From Polyangiales bacterium (GTDB taxonomy: Bacteria > Myxococcota_A > Polyangia > Polyangiales > Polyangiaceae), in NCBI GenBank assembly GCA_038231275.1, contig JBBRLQ010000002.1, forward strand, positions 544,001 to 608,000: 64,000 bases of DNA, in the 5' to 3' direction. Numbering within the stretch: position 1 is the first letter of the stretch; every line of letters begins with the position of its first letter. This document shows positions 1 through 9,436 of this stretch, in pieces. The notes under the pieces were generated by a model that did no database searches, was not told where the DNA came from, and saw only the letters and a program-made list of their open reading frames with translations. The position numbers were made by a program, and so were the translations under genes.

Positions 1-60
1 ATGGAATTCTAGACCGCGCGCTCGGCGGCGCGCCGCCCGCGGTCAGCCCCGTCAGCTCCG

Positions 61-672
61 TCAGGCCTTCGCGTACCAGGCCTTGATGCGCGCGTCGTCG
101 CGTACGGCGTCGTGGACGCGCGTGAGCTTGGGGTACGCGGCGAAGATCGTCGCGGGGATGTGATCGACCTTGCCGCCGACGAACCAGCGCACGGCCATGT
201 GGAGCTTCAGATCGACGACGTTGAGCTTGGCGCCCGCGAAGAACGGGCCGTCGCCGATCTGCTTCTCCGCGCGCTCGGCCCACGTGGGCAGGTACGTCGC
301 GGCGAGCGCCTCACGCGCCTTCTTCTTCTCGGCCTCGTCCGCGATGCGGATCGTCGGAGAAACATGGTGTCGCATGTCCTCGACGTGGCCCATCATCGCC
401 TCGTGGCGCGCGGCCTCGAAGTCGTCCTTCGGGTGCAGGCCGTAACGGCGGCCGAGCAGGACGAGGATCGCGCTCGACTGCGCGAGCGGCGGCTGCCCCT
501 CCATGTGGAGGATCGGCAGGCTGCCGAACGGCGACGACGGCTTCATCGCGATCCACTGATCGCGGGTCAGGCGCTCGTCTTCGAAGTCGACGCCTGCCAC
601 GTGAAGGGCGAGGCGACACTCTTCGCCGCGGCTCACGGGCGCGTCGAAATACGTCAGCTTGGGTTTGCTCAT
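61..672 (-). CDS. Glutathione S-transferase (sigma-like)
   Basis: MSKPKLTYFDAPVSRGEECRLAL, PFGSLPIL, LAQSSAIL and a GST C-terminal helical domain; start placed at ATG 672. Confidence 0.9.
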   Translation of the reverse strand: MSKPKLTYFDAPVSRGEECRLALHVAGVDFEDERLTRDQWIAMKPSSPFGSLPILHMEGQPPLAQSSAILVLLGRRYGLHPKDDFEAARHEAMMGHVEDMRHHVSPTIRIADEAEKKKAREALAATYLPTWAERAEKQIGDGPFFAGAKLNVVDLKLHMAVRWFVGGKVDHIPATIFAAYPKLTRVHDAVRDDARIKAWYAKA

Positions 673-760
673 GGACGCTTTGATGCCGGCAGATGCCGGC
701 AGATGCGAGAGAGCACGAACCGCGGCGCGCATTTCGGCGCGCCGGGCTCGCGGTTGGGGG

Positions 761-958
761 TCAGACCAGCTTGACGTTCTCGGCGCGGGGACCCTTGGGG
801 CCCTGGCCTTCGGTGAACGAGACCTTCTGGCCCTGCTTCAGGTCCTCGAAGCGAACGCCCTCGCAGGCGGACATGTGGAAGAAGAGGTCTTTACCGCTGC
901 CGGTCTCGATGAATCCGAAACCCTTGTCGGTCAACCGCTTGATAGTGCCTTCAGACAT
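761..958 (-). CDS. Cold-shock protein (CspA family)
   Basis: RNP1 KGFGFI, RNP2-like LFFH, GPKGPRAENV; 65 aa; AGGAG RBS upstream of ATG 958. Confidence 0.95.
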   Translation of the reverse strand: MSEGTIKRLTDKGFGFIETGSGKDLFFHMSACEGVRFEDLKQGQKVSFTEGQGPKGPRAENVKLV

Positions 959-1098
959 TCGAGGACTCCTTGGTAGACGCAAGCGTCGGCCGGGAACGGC
1001 TCCCGGCAAATCACCTGCGGAGCCGCGTCGTAGCGCGGTTTCGTCCGAGTTACCACCGGCACGGACGGGCGACGCCGCCGAGGGCGCGAAAGCAGGCA

Positions 1099-1137
1099 CA
1101 AAACGAAAACGCCCCGCCGGAAAAACCGACGAGGCGT
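1099..1137 (-). terminator. Rho-independent terminator downstream of the RRM gene
   Basis: Minus strand ACGCCTCGTCGG-TTTTT-CCGGCGGGGCGT hairpin (with G-U pairs) followed by TTTCGTTTT. Confidence 0.75.
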
Positions 1138-1168
1138 CCTCTAGAGAACGGCTGAGCCGTTCTGCTGC

Positions 1169-1492
1169 TTACCAGCGACCGCCGCCGCCGCCGCCGCCAC
1201 GGCCACCGCCGCCGCCGCCACGACCACCGCCGCCGCCGCCGCTCTGGCGCTCCTCGGCCTCGTTGACCTTGAGCGCGCGACCGTCGAGGAGCGCGCCGTT
1301 CATCTCGGCGATCGCCTTCTGCGCGCCTTCCGAGGTGCCCATCGTGACGAAGCCGAAGCCGCGCGAGCGGCCGGTGTCGCGATCCGACACGAGGTGCACG
1401 TCGGTGATCTCACCGAAGGCAGCGAAAGCCTCACGGAGCGAGTCCGCGTTGGCGTTGAAAGAGAGGTTCCCGACGTAAAGACGATTTCCCAT
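1169..1492 (-). CDS. RRM RNA-binding protein with Gly/Arg-rich tail
   Basis: RNP2 LYVGNL, RNP1 RGFGFVTM, C-terminal GGGGRGGG. Confidence 0.95.
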   Translation of the reverse strand: MGNRLYVGNLSFNANADSLREAFAAFGEITDVHLVSDRDTGRSRGFGFVTMGTSEGAQKAIAEMNGALLDGRALKVNEAEERQSGGGGGGRGGGGGGRGGGGGGGRW

Positions 1493-1673
1493 GGTGTTCT
1501 CGATTCAGTAGGTCACGTATCGCAGCGAGCATCGCACACCCGAGAATCGAGAGAGCGCCGTCGTGGTCATTGTGAATCCGTGGGCGGAACCATAGCCCCA
1601 GAATCGGAGCGTGCCGCAAAATCGACCAAAATTCCGACCGCACCCCGAAAAAAAGACAAAAGCGGCGCCCCGC

Positions 1674-1702
1674 GGTCGATCTTGCGCGCCGTCACTTGTC
1701 GT
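1674..1702 (+). promoter_or_regulatory. Putative ECF42-type promoter upstream of yciI-like gene
   Basis: GGTCGATC-N16-GTCGT; a closely similar motif recurs at 48791-48820 upstream of another YciI gene. Confidence 0.55.
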
Positions 1703-1753
1703 CCCTATCGAGCGGGGGGAAAAGGCGCCCCCCGTAAAAGAGGAGAGAAGACG

Positions 1754-2191
1754 ATGCGTTTCATGGTGATCGTGAAAGCGAGCAAGCTGTCGGAGTCGGG
1801 GGCGATGCCCGACGAGAAGATCCTGGCGGCCATGGGCAAATTCAATGAAGAGCTGGCGAAGGCGGGCGTGCTGCTCGACCTGTCGGGGCTGAAGCCGAGC
1901 TCGCAGGGCGCGCGCGTTCGCTTCTCGGGCGACACGCGCGCCGTCCTCGACGGACCGTTCCCGGAAACCAAGGAGCTCATCGCGGGCTACTGGATCCTCC
2001 AGACCAAATCGCTCGCCGAGTGCATCGAGTGGGTCAAGCGCTGCCCGAATCCGCACCCGGGCGAGGGCGAATCCGAGATCGAGATCCGTCCGTTCTTCGA
2101 GCTCGGGGATTTCGAGATGACCGACGCGACCAAGGCGATTCACGAGGGCGTCGGCGCCACGCTCGAGAAGGACAAGCCCGCGCGCGCCTAG
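1754..2191 (+). CDS. YciI/DGPF family protein
   Basis: MRFMVIVKA...DGPFPETKELIAGYW; AGGAG RBS. Confidence 0.9.
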   Translation: MRFMVIVKASKLSESGAMPDEKILAAMGKFNEELAKAGVLLDLSGLKPSSQGARVRFSGDTRAVLDGPFPETKELIAGYWILQTKSLAECIEWVKRCPNPHPGEGESEIEIRPFFELGDFEMTDATKAIHEGVGATLEKDKPARA

Positions 2192-2232
2192 CGGCGGTTC
2201 CATTCGAGGGGCAGCTGCTCTAGACCGAGGCC

Positions 2233-3507
2233 GTGGCGGTCTCGGATCTAGAGCGAACGGTCGCGGCGCTCGCTCGGATCGAGTCGCCGAAGCTCATCGC
2301 CCGCCTCGGGCGCATCGTGCGCGACGTCGGGGTCGCAGAGGAGCTCGCCCAAGACGCGCTCGTCCTCGCGCTCGAGACGTGGGGAAAATCGGGCGTGCCC
2401 GACAACCCGGGCGCGTGGCTCATGGCGACCGCGAAGAACCGCGCCCTCAACGCGCTGACGCGACGCAAGATGCTCGCGCGGAAGCACGAGGAGGTCGGCC
2501 GCGATCTCGAGGAAGAGGAGCGGCTCGATCCGGCGGAGCAGCTCGACGCGGCGCTCGACGACGACGTGGGGGACGATCTGCTGCGCCTCGTCTTCGTCGC
2601 GTGCCACCCGGTGCTGGCTCCCGACGCGCGCGTCGCGCTGACGTTACGCCTCCTCGGCGGCCTGACCACGCAAGAGATCGCGCGCGCGTTCGTGGTCCCG
2701 GAGCCGACGATCGCGCAGCGCATCGTGCGCGCGAAGCGGACGCTCGCCGACGAGAAGGTCCCGTTCGAGAACGTGCGGCGCGAAGAGCTCGGGGCTCGCC
2801 TCTCGTCGGTGCTCGAGGTCGTCTACTTGATCTTCAATGAGGGCTACGCCGCGACGGCGGGAGACGACTGGATGCGCCCAGGGCTGTGCGAGGACGCGCT
2901 GCGGCTCGGGCGCATCCTCGTGGGGCTGGTTCCGGAGGAGGGCGAGGCCCACGGGCTCGTCGCGCTGATGGAGCTGCACGCGTCGCGCACTCCGGCGCGC
3001 CTCGGGGCGGACGGTGAGCCGGTGCTCCTCGCGGCGCAGAACCGCGCGCGCTGGGATCGCCTCCTGGTGCGACGCGGTCTCGCCGCGCTCGAACGCGCGG
3101 AGTCTCTTGCGCGTCGAGACGGCGGAGCACGCGGCGCGTACACGCTGCAAGCCGCGATCTCGGCCTGCCACGCGCGCGCGCCGTCGGCGGCGGAGACGGA
3201 GTGGGCCCGCATCGCAGCGCTCTACGGAGAGCTCGTCGTCGTTACGCGCTCGCCGATCGTCGAGCTCAATCGCGCGGTCGCCGTGGCGATGGCGGAAGGG
3301 CCCGCGGCCGGCCTCGCGATCCTCGACGAGCTCTCAGACGAGCCCGCGCTCGCGGGCTACCACCTGTTCCCGACCGCGCGCGGCGATCTGCTCGAGAAGC
3401 TCGGGCGCCGGGCGGATGCGGCGACCGAGTTCGCGCGCGCGGCGCTGCTCACGAAGAACGAGCGGGAACGGGCGGTGCTGTCGGCGCGAGCCGCGGCGTG
3501 TCGTTAG
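2233..3507 (+). CDS. ECF sigma factor, ECF42-type, with long C-terminal TPR-like extension
   Basis: AEELAQDAL, NPGAWLM, DDLLRLVFVACHPVL, YLIFNEGY, YTLQAAISACH; adjacent to a DGPF gene. Confidence 0.9.
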   Translation: MAVSDLERTVAALARIESPKLIARLGRIVRDVGVAEELAQDALVLALETWGKSGVPDNPGAWLMATAKNRALNALTRRKMLARKHEEVGRDLEEEERLDPAEQLDAALDDDVGDDLLRLVFVACHPVLAPDARVALTLRLLGGLTTQEIARAFVVPEPTIAQRIVRAKRTLADEKVPFENVRREELGARLSSVLEVVYLIFNEGYAATAGDDWMRPGLCEDALRLGRILVGLVPEEGEAHGLVALMELHASRTPARLGADGEPVLLAAQNRARWDRLLVRRGLAALERAESLARRDGGARGAYTLQAAISACHARAPSAAETEWARIAALYGELVVVTRSPIVELNRAVAVAMAEGPAAGLAILDELSDEPALAGYHLFPTARGDLLEKLGRRADAATEFARAALLTKNERERAVLSARAAACR

Positions 3508-4357
3508 CGCGGATGTAGGCGACGAGCCATACGCCGCCCGCGAGCATGGCGACCGCCGCCCATTGCCCCGGCGTGAGCGCGAGGTAACGGGGGTCACCGC
3601 CCTCGGCGTCCTCCGCGCGCAAGAAATCGAGCGCGAACCGTACCGGCGCATACAAGAGGAGGGACGCCGCCGCGTAGCTCCCGACGGGGAGCTTCTTGTT
3701 CCACGTCGCGACGAAGAGCGCCGACACGAAGATCGTGAACACCAGCTCGAGGAGGCCGAGATCGTATTGCGGCCGCCAACCGTGGTGCAGCTCGAAGAAG
3801 CCATACGACGTCGACGGCCCCGGCCCGAACGCGACGGCGAAGGGGGAGGTCGCCGATGCGCGGGCGCCGGGGTGATCGTGCACGATGGCGCAGCCGAGGC
3901 GCCCCGAAATCCACGCGACCGGAAAGACGGCGGCGATGATGTCGCCGATCGGCAGGATGGGCCGCGGGGAGGCGCGACGCGCGACGCGGTACGCCTCGAA
4001 CGGCCCGATCTTCGCCGGGACCAGCTCGAAGTACTTCCACGCCGTCGCCCCGAGGGCGGCGCCGAGAAACCCGCCGAACGAGCTGATCCCCTGCCACACC
4101 AAGAGGAGCGACCAGGGACGGCGCACGATCTCCATCGGGTGGTAACAAATCTCGTCGAAGACGTGCGCGGTGACGAAACCGAACGTCAGCATCCACCAGA
4201 CGAAGGTCATGAGCTCGGCGACGTCCGCGCCGCGCTTTCGTGCACGCCGGCGCGCGAGCTCGATGCCGCCGAAGACGGCGATGGCGACGAGCAGCCCGAA
4301 CGGGGAGAACGTGAGCGACCCGATCTTGAGGACGTAGACTTCGATGTACGGGATCAC
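3449..4357 (-). CDS. Prolipoprotein diacylglyceryl transferase (Lgt)-family protein, divergent
   Basis: Multiple TM helices; WQGISSFGG, GRLGCAIVHDHPG, YAPVRFALDFLR. Confidence 0.8.
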   Translation of the reverse strand: MIPYIEVYVLKIGSLTFSPFGLLVAIAVFGGIELARRRARKRGADVAELMTFVWWMLTFGFVTAHVFDEICYHPMEIVRRPWSLLLVWQGISSFGGFLGAALGATAWKYFELVPAKIGPFEAYRVARRASPRPILPIGDIIAAVFPVAWISGRLGCAIVHDHPGARASATSPFAVAFGPGPSTSYGFFELHHGWRPQYDLGLLELVFTIFVSALFVATWNKKLPVGSYAAASLLLYAPVRFALDFLRAEDAEGGDPRYLALTPGQWAAVAMLAGGVWLVAYIRANDTPRLAPTAPPVPARSS

Positions 4358-4424
4358 GGGGCGCGACTCCTACCACAAGGCGACGCGCCCGCCGCAGACG
4401 GACGCGTCCGCTCGCGTTGCGGCG

Positions 4425-5198
4425 CTACTTCTTCTTCCCCGCCTGGTGCAGCGCGAAGACGGCGCCTTGCGGGTCGGTCAGCTGCGCGATGCGACCGCCG
4501 GTGGGGACGTCCATCGGCCCGTTCATGATCTTCGCGCCGCGCTTCGTCGCGCGCGCGAGGGCCGCGTCGATGTCGTCGGTTTCGACGTAGTAGATCCACA
4601 TCGGAGGCATCGGCGTGCCCTTGGGGGTCGTCATCATGCCGCCGATCTGCGCCTCACCGACGCCGAACAGGCGGTAGACACCCATCGGACCCATGTCCTG
4701 CTCGTGGAGGACCTTCCACCCGAAGATCTCCGAGTAGAACGTGAAGGCGGCGCCGCTGTCGCTCGTCATGAGCTCGTTCCAGCAGAACTCGGCCTCCTTC
4801 GGCTCGTGCGCGGTCATCGCGGCGCTCGGCTTGAAGATCGCGAACGCGGCGCCCTGCGGATCCGCGACGACGGCGAAGCGGCCCACCGTCGGAATGTCGG
4901 ACGGCTCCTTGTAGACCTTGCCCCCGAGCTTTTTCGTGAGCGCCGCCGTCTTGTCGACGTCATCGACCTGCACGTGGCCCATCCAGCTCGGGTGCGCGCC
5001 CATCTTTGCGGCTTCGTCGGTGATCGCCATCACGCCGCCGAGCGGCCCCTGGCTCCCGACCCACATCGTGTAGTCGCCGCCGTCTCCGAAGGCCTGCGTC
5101 TTCCAGCCGGCGACCTCGGTGTAAAAGGCGATCGCGGCCTTCGGATCCTTGGTCATGTGGTCGTGCCAAACGAAGAGCCCGCTCGTCGTGTTCGCCAT
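4425..5198 (-). CDS. Two-domain VOC/glyoxalase-bleomycin-resistance family protein
   Basis: Duplicated FVWHDHMT/FCWNELMT...DPQGAxF motifs; GGAGG RBS. Confidence 0.9.
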   Translation of the reverse strand: MANTTSGLFVWHDHMTKDPKAAIAFYTEVAGWKTQAFGDGGDYTMWVGSQGPLGGVMAITDEAAKMGAHPSWMGHVQVDDVDKTAALTKKLGGKVYKEPSDIPTVGRFAVVADPQGAAFAIFKPSAAMTAHEPKEAEFCWNELMTSDSGAAFTFYSEIFGWKVLHEQDMGPMGVYRLFGVGEAQIGGMMTTPKGTPMPPMWIYYVETDDIDAALARATKRGAKIMNGPMDVPTGGRIAQLTDPQGAVFALHQAGKKK

Positions 5199-5360
5199 GG
5201 GAGTCCTCCACCTACGCGCGAGGCGCGCATCTTTTTCAGGGCGCGGATGATGCGCCCCGTCGACGGCGCACGCAACGGTGACCGGTCGGCGGCGAGGACC
5301 CGCTTGCTCTGCCTTGCCTGACCGACTGGCAGGACACGGGCGCGCGGCTTACGCTGAAGG

Positions 5361-6248
5361 ATGCCGTCGCGCGAGAGCCCACCTCGAGTCGTGCGCCTTC
5401 GCACGCAGGTCGTGCTCGTCCTTGGCGCGCTCGTCTTCCTCGCGAGCGCCGGTGTCGCGGTCCATGGTGCCCACGCAGATCGGGTCACGTGCCGGCGCGT
5501 CGAGCGAACGGCCTCACCCCAAGGCGATCCGTCGACGTTCCCGATCGTCGCGCTTCCGGGGCCGGTTCGCGATCTCGACGGTGCCGTGCCGGGCAGGTTC
5601 CGCTTCGAGCGCGACCTCGGCGCGTTTCGCATGCGCTACGAGCTCTCGCCGGACGCGTGGCGATGGGGCCTCGGGCGCGCGACGCTGGCGGACCCGCGCG
5701 CGTGTGGTGAAGATGCGCTCGGGATCGAAGTTCCGACGCCGTCGAGCGATGTCGTCCTTCGCCGAGTGCCCGGCGACGTGTATCTCCTCACGGGCAACGC
5801 TCCCCTCCCGGCGATGGACGTGGCGTTTCGATCGGCGCCCGCCGGCTCCGTCCTCGTGTGGAGCGGCCTCGCTGCGGTGGCTGCGTCGTTGGCCGCGCTC
5901 GTCGTGCTCGCAGGCGCGTGGCTCGCTACGTGGACGGCGCGGCGACGCGTAGCGCGCCTCGCGACGTGGCGAGAGGGTGTCGTGGCCACGAGCGACACCG
6001 TGGTTCCGGCCGACGGCGGCGGCGCCCTCTTCGTGCGCGGCGGCGGCGTCGCGCCGGGCACGCCGGTCCTCTTCTCGCCGCCGCGCGCCGGGGATCCTTA
6101 TCGGAGCGCGCTCACGACGGTCGACGTCCATTCCGGCACGCGCACCGATCTCGACGCATGGCGAGAGCGGCGGCGGAGGCTCGCCCACTTTTTGGTCTTC
6201 GTTTCGATCGCCGCCGGCGTCGCGTCACTCGCGCTCGCCTTCTTCTGA
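5361..6248 (+). CDS. Hypothetical membrane protein
   Basis: About three hydrophobic segments; fills the gap between flanking genes. Confidence 0.6.
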   Translation: MPSRESPPRVVRLRTQVVLVLGALVFLASAGVAVHGAHADRVTCRRVERTASPQGDPSTFPIVALPGPVRDLDGAVPGRFRFERDLGAFRMRYELSPDAWRWGLGRATLADPRACGEDALGIEVPTPSSDVVLRRVPGDVYLLTGNAPLPAMDVAFRSAPAGSVLVWSGLAAVAASLAALVVLAGAWLATWTARRRVARLATWREGVVATSDTVVPADGGGALFVRGGGVAPGTPVLFSPPRAGDPYRSALTTVDVHSGTRTDLDAWRERRRRLAHFLVFVSIAAGVASLALAFF

Positions 6249-6324
6249 GCGCCTAGAGTCGCCCGCCACCGGCCGAGGCTTCTGACGCCGCGGCCACGCG
6301 ACGCTCGTCCGTTTGCGTCATTCT

Positions 6325-6348
6325 AAAAAAACGAACGTTTGTTTTTTT
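6325..6348. promoter_or_regulatory. Putative TetR operator
   Basis: AT-rich near-perfect palindrome AAAAAAACGAAC|GTTTGTTTTTTT (one mismatch) about 40 bp upstream of tetR-like gene. Confidence 0.65.
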
Positions 6349-6386
6349 TCTTGCCGAGGTAGGACTCGACTGTCAGGCTCCCTGGC

Positions 6387-7031
6387 GTGACGAAGTGGAG
6401 GAAACCCAGCGCCGATCGGATTCTCGAAGCCGCCGAGAAGGTGTTCGCGCGGCGAGGCTACGGAGGCACCTCCCTGCGCCAGCTCATGAGCGCGGCAGGC
6501 GTCTCCACGACCGCGTTCTACGCTCGCTTCGCCTCGAAGGAGGACGTGCTGCGCGCCCTCGCGCTCCGGCTGCTCGAGGAGCTGGAGGGGACGGCGCGGA
6601 CCGAGCTCGCCCAGTCGATCGGCCTCGAGGACTCCTTCCGACGCGGCGTCGACGTGCTCTTCGACGTGCTGGCGCCGCGTCGCGCGCTGGTACGCATTCT
6701 GCTCACCGAGGCCGCTTCGAGCGCGGAGATCACGCAGACGATCGGGCGCCTGCATACCGCCCTCGCGGCGCTCCTGGCGGGGCGGATCGAGGCGCTGGTC
6801 GCGCGCGGCAGCGTTCACCCGCTGGACGCGACGTCGGCGGCGTGGAGCTTCGTCGGCGCGCTCAACATGCAGATCCAACGTTGGGCAGTCTACGAGCACG
6901 TGAGCACCGAGGCGCTGCAGGGCACGCTGCACGCCGTCGCGAGCTCGCTCTTGCCAGTGTTGCGGCCAGTGTCGGGTGTCCGCCGCAAGCGACCGCGTCC
7001 GGTCGCGAATCAGAGGAGAAGCAAACGATGA
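6387..7031 (+). CDS. TetR/AcrR family transcriptional regulator
   Basis: RILEAAEKVFARRGYGGTSLRQLMSAAGVSTTAFYARFASKEDV HTH. Confidence 0.93.
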   Translation: MTKWRKPSADRILEAAEKVFARRGYGGTSLRQLMSAAGVSTTAFYARFASKEDVLRALALRLLEELEGTARTELAQSIGLEDSFRRGVDVLFDVLAPRRALVRILLTEAASSAEITQTIGRLHTALAALLAGRIEALVARGSVHPLDATSAAWSFVGALNMQIQRWAVYEHVSTEALQGTLHAVASSLLPVLRPVSGVRRKRPRPVANQRRSKR

Positions 7032-8194
7032 ACAAGCACCTATTTCCGGTCTTTGCCCTGGCGCTCTGCGCGAGCTGCAGCGCGTCCTCGAATCCGACCG
7101 ACGCAGTCCCCGAGACCGAGCCCCTCGCGCTCGACGAGGGCACTGGCGCCGATCTCGACACGCCCGATCCTACGCCCGCGTCCGATCCGTGCATCGACGA
7201 GGACATCTGCGACGAGGTCGCGATCCGCAGCGAGCTCGACGTGGAAGCAGGCCCGGGCGGCCGGCCGACGCGGTACGTGGTCGGCGCGCGCTTGCTCGTC
7301 CTGACCTACGCGCCGTTCCACACGACGCCGAGCGCCAAGGGTCCGCTTCTCACCGCCGCGCCGCCGCACGGAGGCGTTCCGCAGGACGGGCTGCACCTCT
7401 GGGGCAACCCGCGCGGCGTCCTCTCCCCCGCGCAAGAGGTCGTTCTGGAGAGCCCGCTCCGCTACTCCGGCTTCTTCAAGGTCTCGTACGGCGGCAAGAC
7501 CGGGTACGTCCTGACTTCGAAGGTCGTCCTCGCGAATCCCGAGCACGACGCGGTGGCCTTTGCGAAGCGCCCGGACGTGCGGAACGCGTTCTTCAAGCAC
7601 CAGATCCACCGCAATCGCTGGAACAAGGACGGCCCCTCCCACTCCGGCAACTGCGCGCCGACGAGCCTCGCGATGGCGCTGAGCATCCTGGGCAAAGAAC
7701 CCGCGGGGCTCAGCGTCGAGGAGAGCATCCACCGCGTTCGCCTCTCGTACGACACGCCGTTTCACTCGGACTCCGGGCCCACGTCACGGCTTCAAATCCA
7801 GCAGGCGGCCAAGGCCCTCGGGCTCCACGTCGCGCCGCTCGGCGACGCGCGCACCGGCGCACACGCTCTCGCGCGCGTGGCCGCGGAGCTCGCGGACCAT
7901 CGCCTCGTCGTCCTCGAGGGGGACACCGGCAACGGGAGCTCGGTCTACCAGCGCGCCATGAACCGCGCCTACGCCGCGGCGATTCGCGCCGGACAAGCGC
8001 TCTACCATTCGACGTATGATTTCAGTGGTTTTCACTCGATCGTCGTCATCAGCCGGGAGGCGAACGGCCACTACATCGTCGGCGATCCGTTCTCCGAGGT
8101 CGGCTTCGTGACGCTCACGCCCGCAGAGCTCGAGGACTTCATGTCGCGATGGAGCGGGCACCATGGCACCGGCAACGCGGTGTGGGTCCCGTAG
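7028..8194 (+). CDS. Secreted/lipoprotein with SH3b-like segment and C39-like cysteine peptidase domain
   Basis: ATGA overlap with tetR stop; signal peptide with Cys; GFFKVSYGGKTGYV; NCAPTSLAMAL...HSIVV...YIVGDP (Cys-His-Asp). Confidence 0.65.
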   Translation: MNKHLFPVFALALCASCSASSNPTDAVPETEPLALDEGTGADLDTPDPTPASDPCIDEDICDEVAIRSELDVEAGPGGRPTRYVVGARLLVLTYAPFHTTPSAKGPLLTAAPPHGGVPQDGLHLWGNPRGVLSPAQEVVLESPLRYSGFFKVSYGGKTGYVLTSKVVLANPEHDAVAFAKRPDVRNAFFKHQIHRNRWNKDGPSHSGNCAPTSLAMALSILGKEPAGLSVEESIHRVRLSYDTPFHSDSGPTSRLQIQQAAKALGLHVAPLGDARTGAHALARVAAELADHRLVVLEGDTGNGSSVYQRAMNRAYAAAIRAGQALYHSTYDFSGFHSIVVISREANGHYIVGDPFSEVGFVTLTPAELEDFMSRWSGHHGTGNAVWVP

Positions 8195-8267
8195 ATCGCG
8201 CAAGAAGAAACGCGCGATCGGTGAATCGGAAGGTCGCTACACTCGTCTGAACTTGGGGAGGTCTGTC

Positions 8268-9029
8268 ATGAACGTCCGCCGTGTCCTCGTCGCCGCCGGC
8301 TTGCTCACGTTGCTCTCTTGGCAGGTATCTTGGCAGGCCTCGGCCCAAGCGGACGACGGGATGCCCAAGTCGCCGACGAAGAAGCCTTCGCCGAGCTGGG
8401 AGGTGCGGATGGCCGCGCTGACCGCCCTCGACGGGTGCGCCACCGCGATGGCGGCGCACGGCAGCAAGTCTGCTCTCGCGACCGACGACGAGTACTTCAC
8501 GTACACGTCCGGTCGCGACGCCGCCGTCGCGAAGGACGCTGCGATCGTCGCGTTCGATGCGTCGCTCGCGCGCTCTCGCGATCGCACGCCGTCGAAGATG
8601 TTTCCGGTCTGCACGAAGTACTTCGCCGACTACGCGGCCGGGGTGGGCGCCGCGGACGCGCCGCTCTCGACCTACTGCGAAGCGCGTGTTCGCCCGTTCT
8701 TGAGGCAGGCGACGGACAACCTCGCCGAGTTCCAGCGTCAGGGTCTCAAGAACGGTCGCATTTCCATGGCACGCAGCAACCTCGAGAGCGCCCGGTTCGG
8801 GCTGCGCGGCGGCCAGTTCTCGGGCCCGATCGGGCACTGCTCGCTCAACGACAACTTCAAGAAGGCGATGGCTCCGATGAAGACCGTGTTCGCGGCGCTC
8901 GAGGCGCAGATCGTCGCTGCGGAGACGGCGAAGGGCATCAAGTTCGTCCCCATCGACAACAAGGACCTCGGCACCGGCACGAGCTACGTCGATCTGAAGA
9001 CGAACCAGCCGATGGTCGGCAGCCAGTAG
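8268..9029 (+). CDS. Hypothetical secreted protein
   Basis: GGAGG RBS; signal peptide ending ASAQA. Confidence 0.7.
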   Translation: MNVRRVLVAAGLLTLLSWQVSWQASAQADDGMPKSPTKKPSPSWEVRMAALTALDGCATAMAAHGSKSALATDDEYFTYTSGRDAAVAKDAAIVAFDASLARSRDRTPSKMFPVCTKYFADYAAGVGAADAPLSTYCEARVRPFLRQATDNLAEFQRQGLKNGRISMARSNLESARFGLRGGQFSGPIGHCSLNDNFKKAMAPMKTVFAALEAQIVAAETAKGIKFVPIDNKDLGTGTSYVDLKTNQPMVGSQ

Positions 9030-9043
9030 AAGGCGCGGCCAGA

Positions 9044-9412
9044 CTACCGGGGCGGCGCGCTCCCGCGGAGGCGCGAGGCGATCCGCTCCTCGAGCGCGGT
9101 CGCTTCGATCCCGAGCGTCGCTGCCGACGCGAGGAGCAGCGCGCGCTCCTGCGGATCGACGCGCCCATCGACGACGGCCGCCTCGACCAGCAACGCCATC
9201 ACCCGCACCCGCACGTCCGGGGCCAGGGTACGCAGCGTCATGGTGGTCCGCCCGACCGAGTCCTGCGAGAACGGGCCGACCTCGCGCTCCGGCAGACCGA
9301 AACGCTCGACGACGCGGCGATAGAACTCGCGCTCGGAGTCGGTGATCTCGCCGTCCGCCGCGATCATCGTCTCGAGCAGCTGACAGACCTTCTGGCGATC
9401 GTCGACGTCCAT
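9044..9412 (-). CDS. TerB-like (tellurite resistance) family protein
   Basis: Two ADGEITDSE / VDGRVDPQE motifs. Confidence 0.8.
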   Translation of the reverse strand: MDVDDRQKVCQLLETMIAADGEITDSEREFYRRVVERFGLPEREVGPFSQDSVGRTTMTLRTLAPDVRVRVMALLVEAAVVDGRVDPQERALLLASAATLGIEATALEERIASRLRGSAPPR

Positions 9413-9436
9413 GGGTCGCTCAGGATAGCAAGCAGG

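Noticed and set aside
1178-1242. (GCC)n microsatellite
   Set aside because: Encodes the Gly-rich tail of the RRM protein
6395-8194. 599-aa ORF overlapping tetR
   Set aside because: N-terminal part is Arg-rich shadow sequence; real start is ATG 7028 (ATGA overlap, signal peptide)
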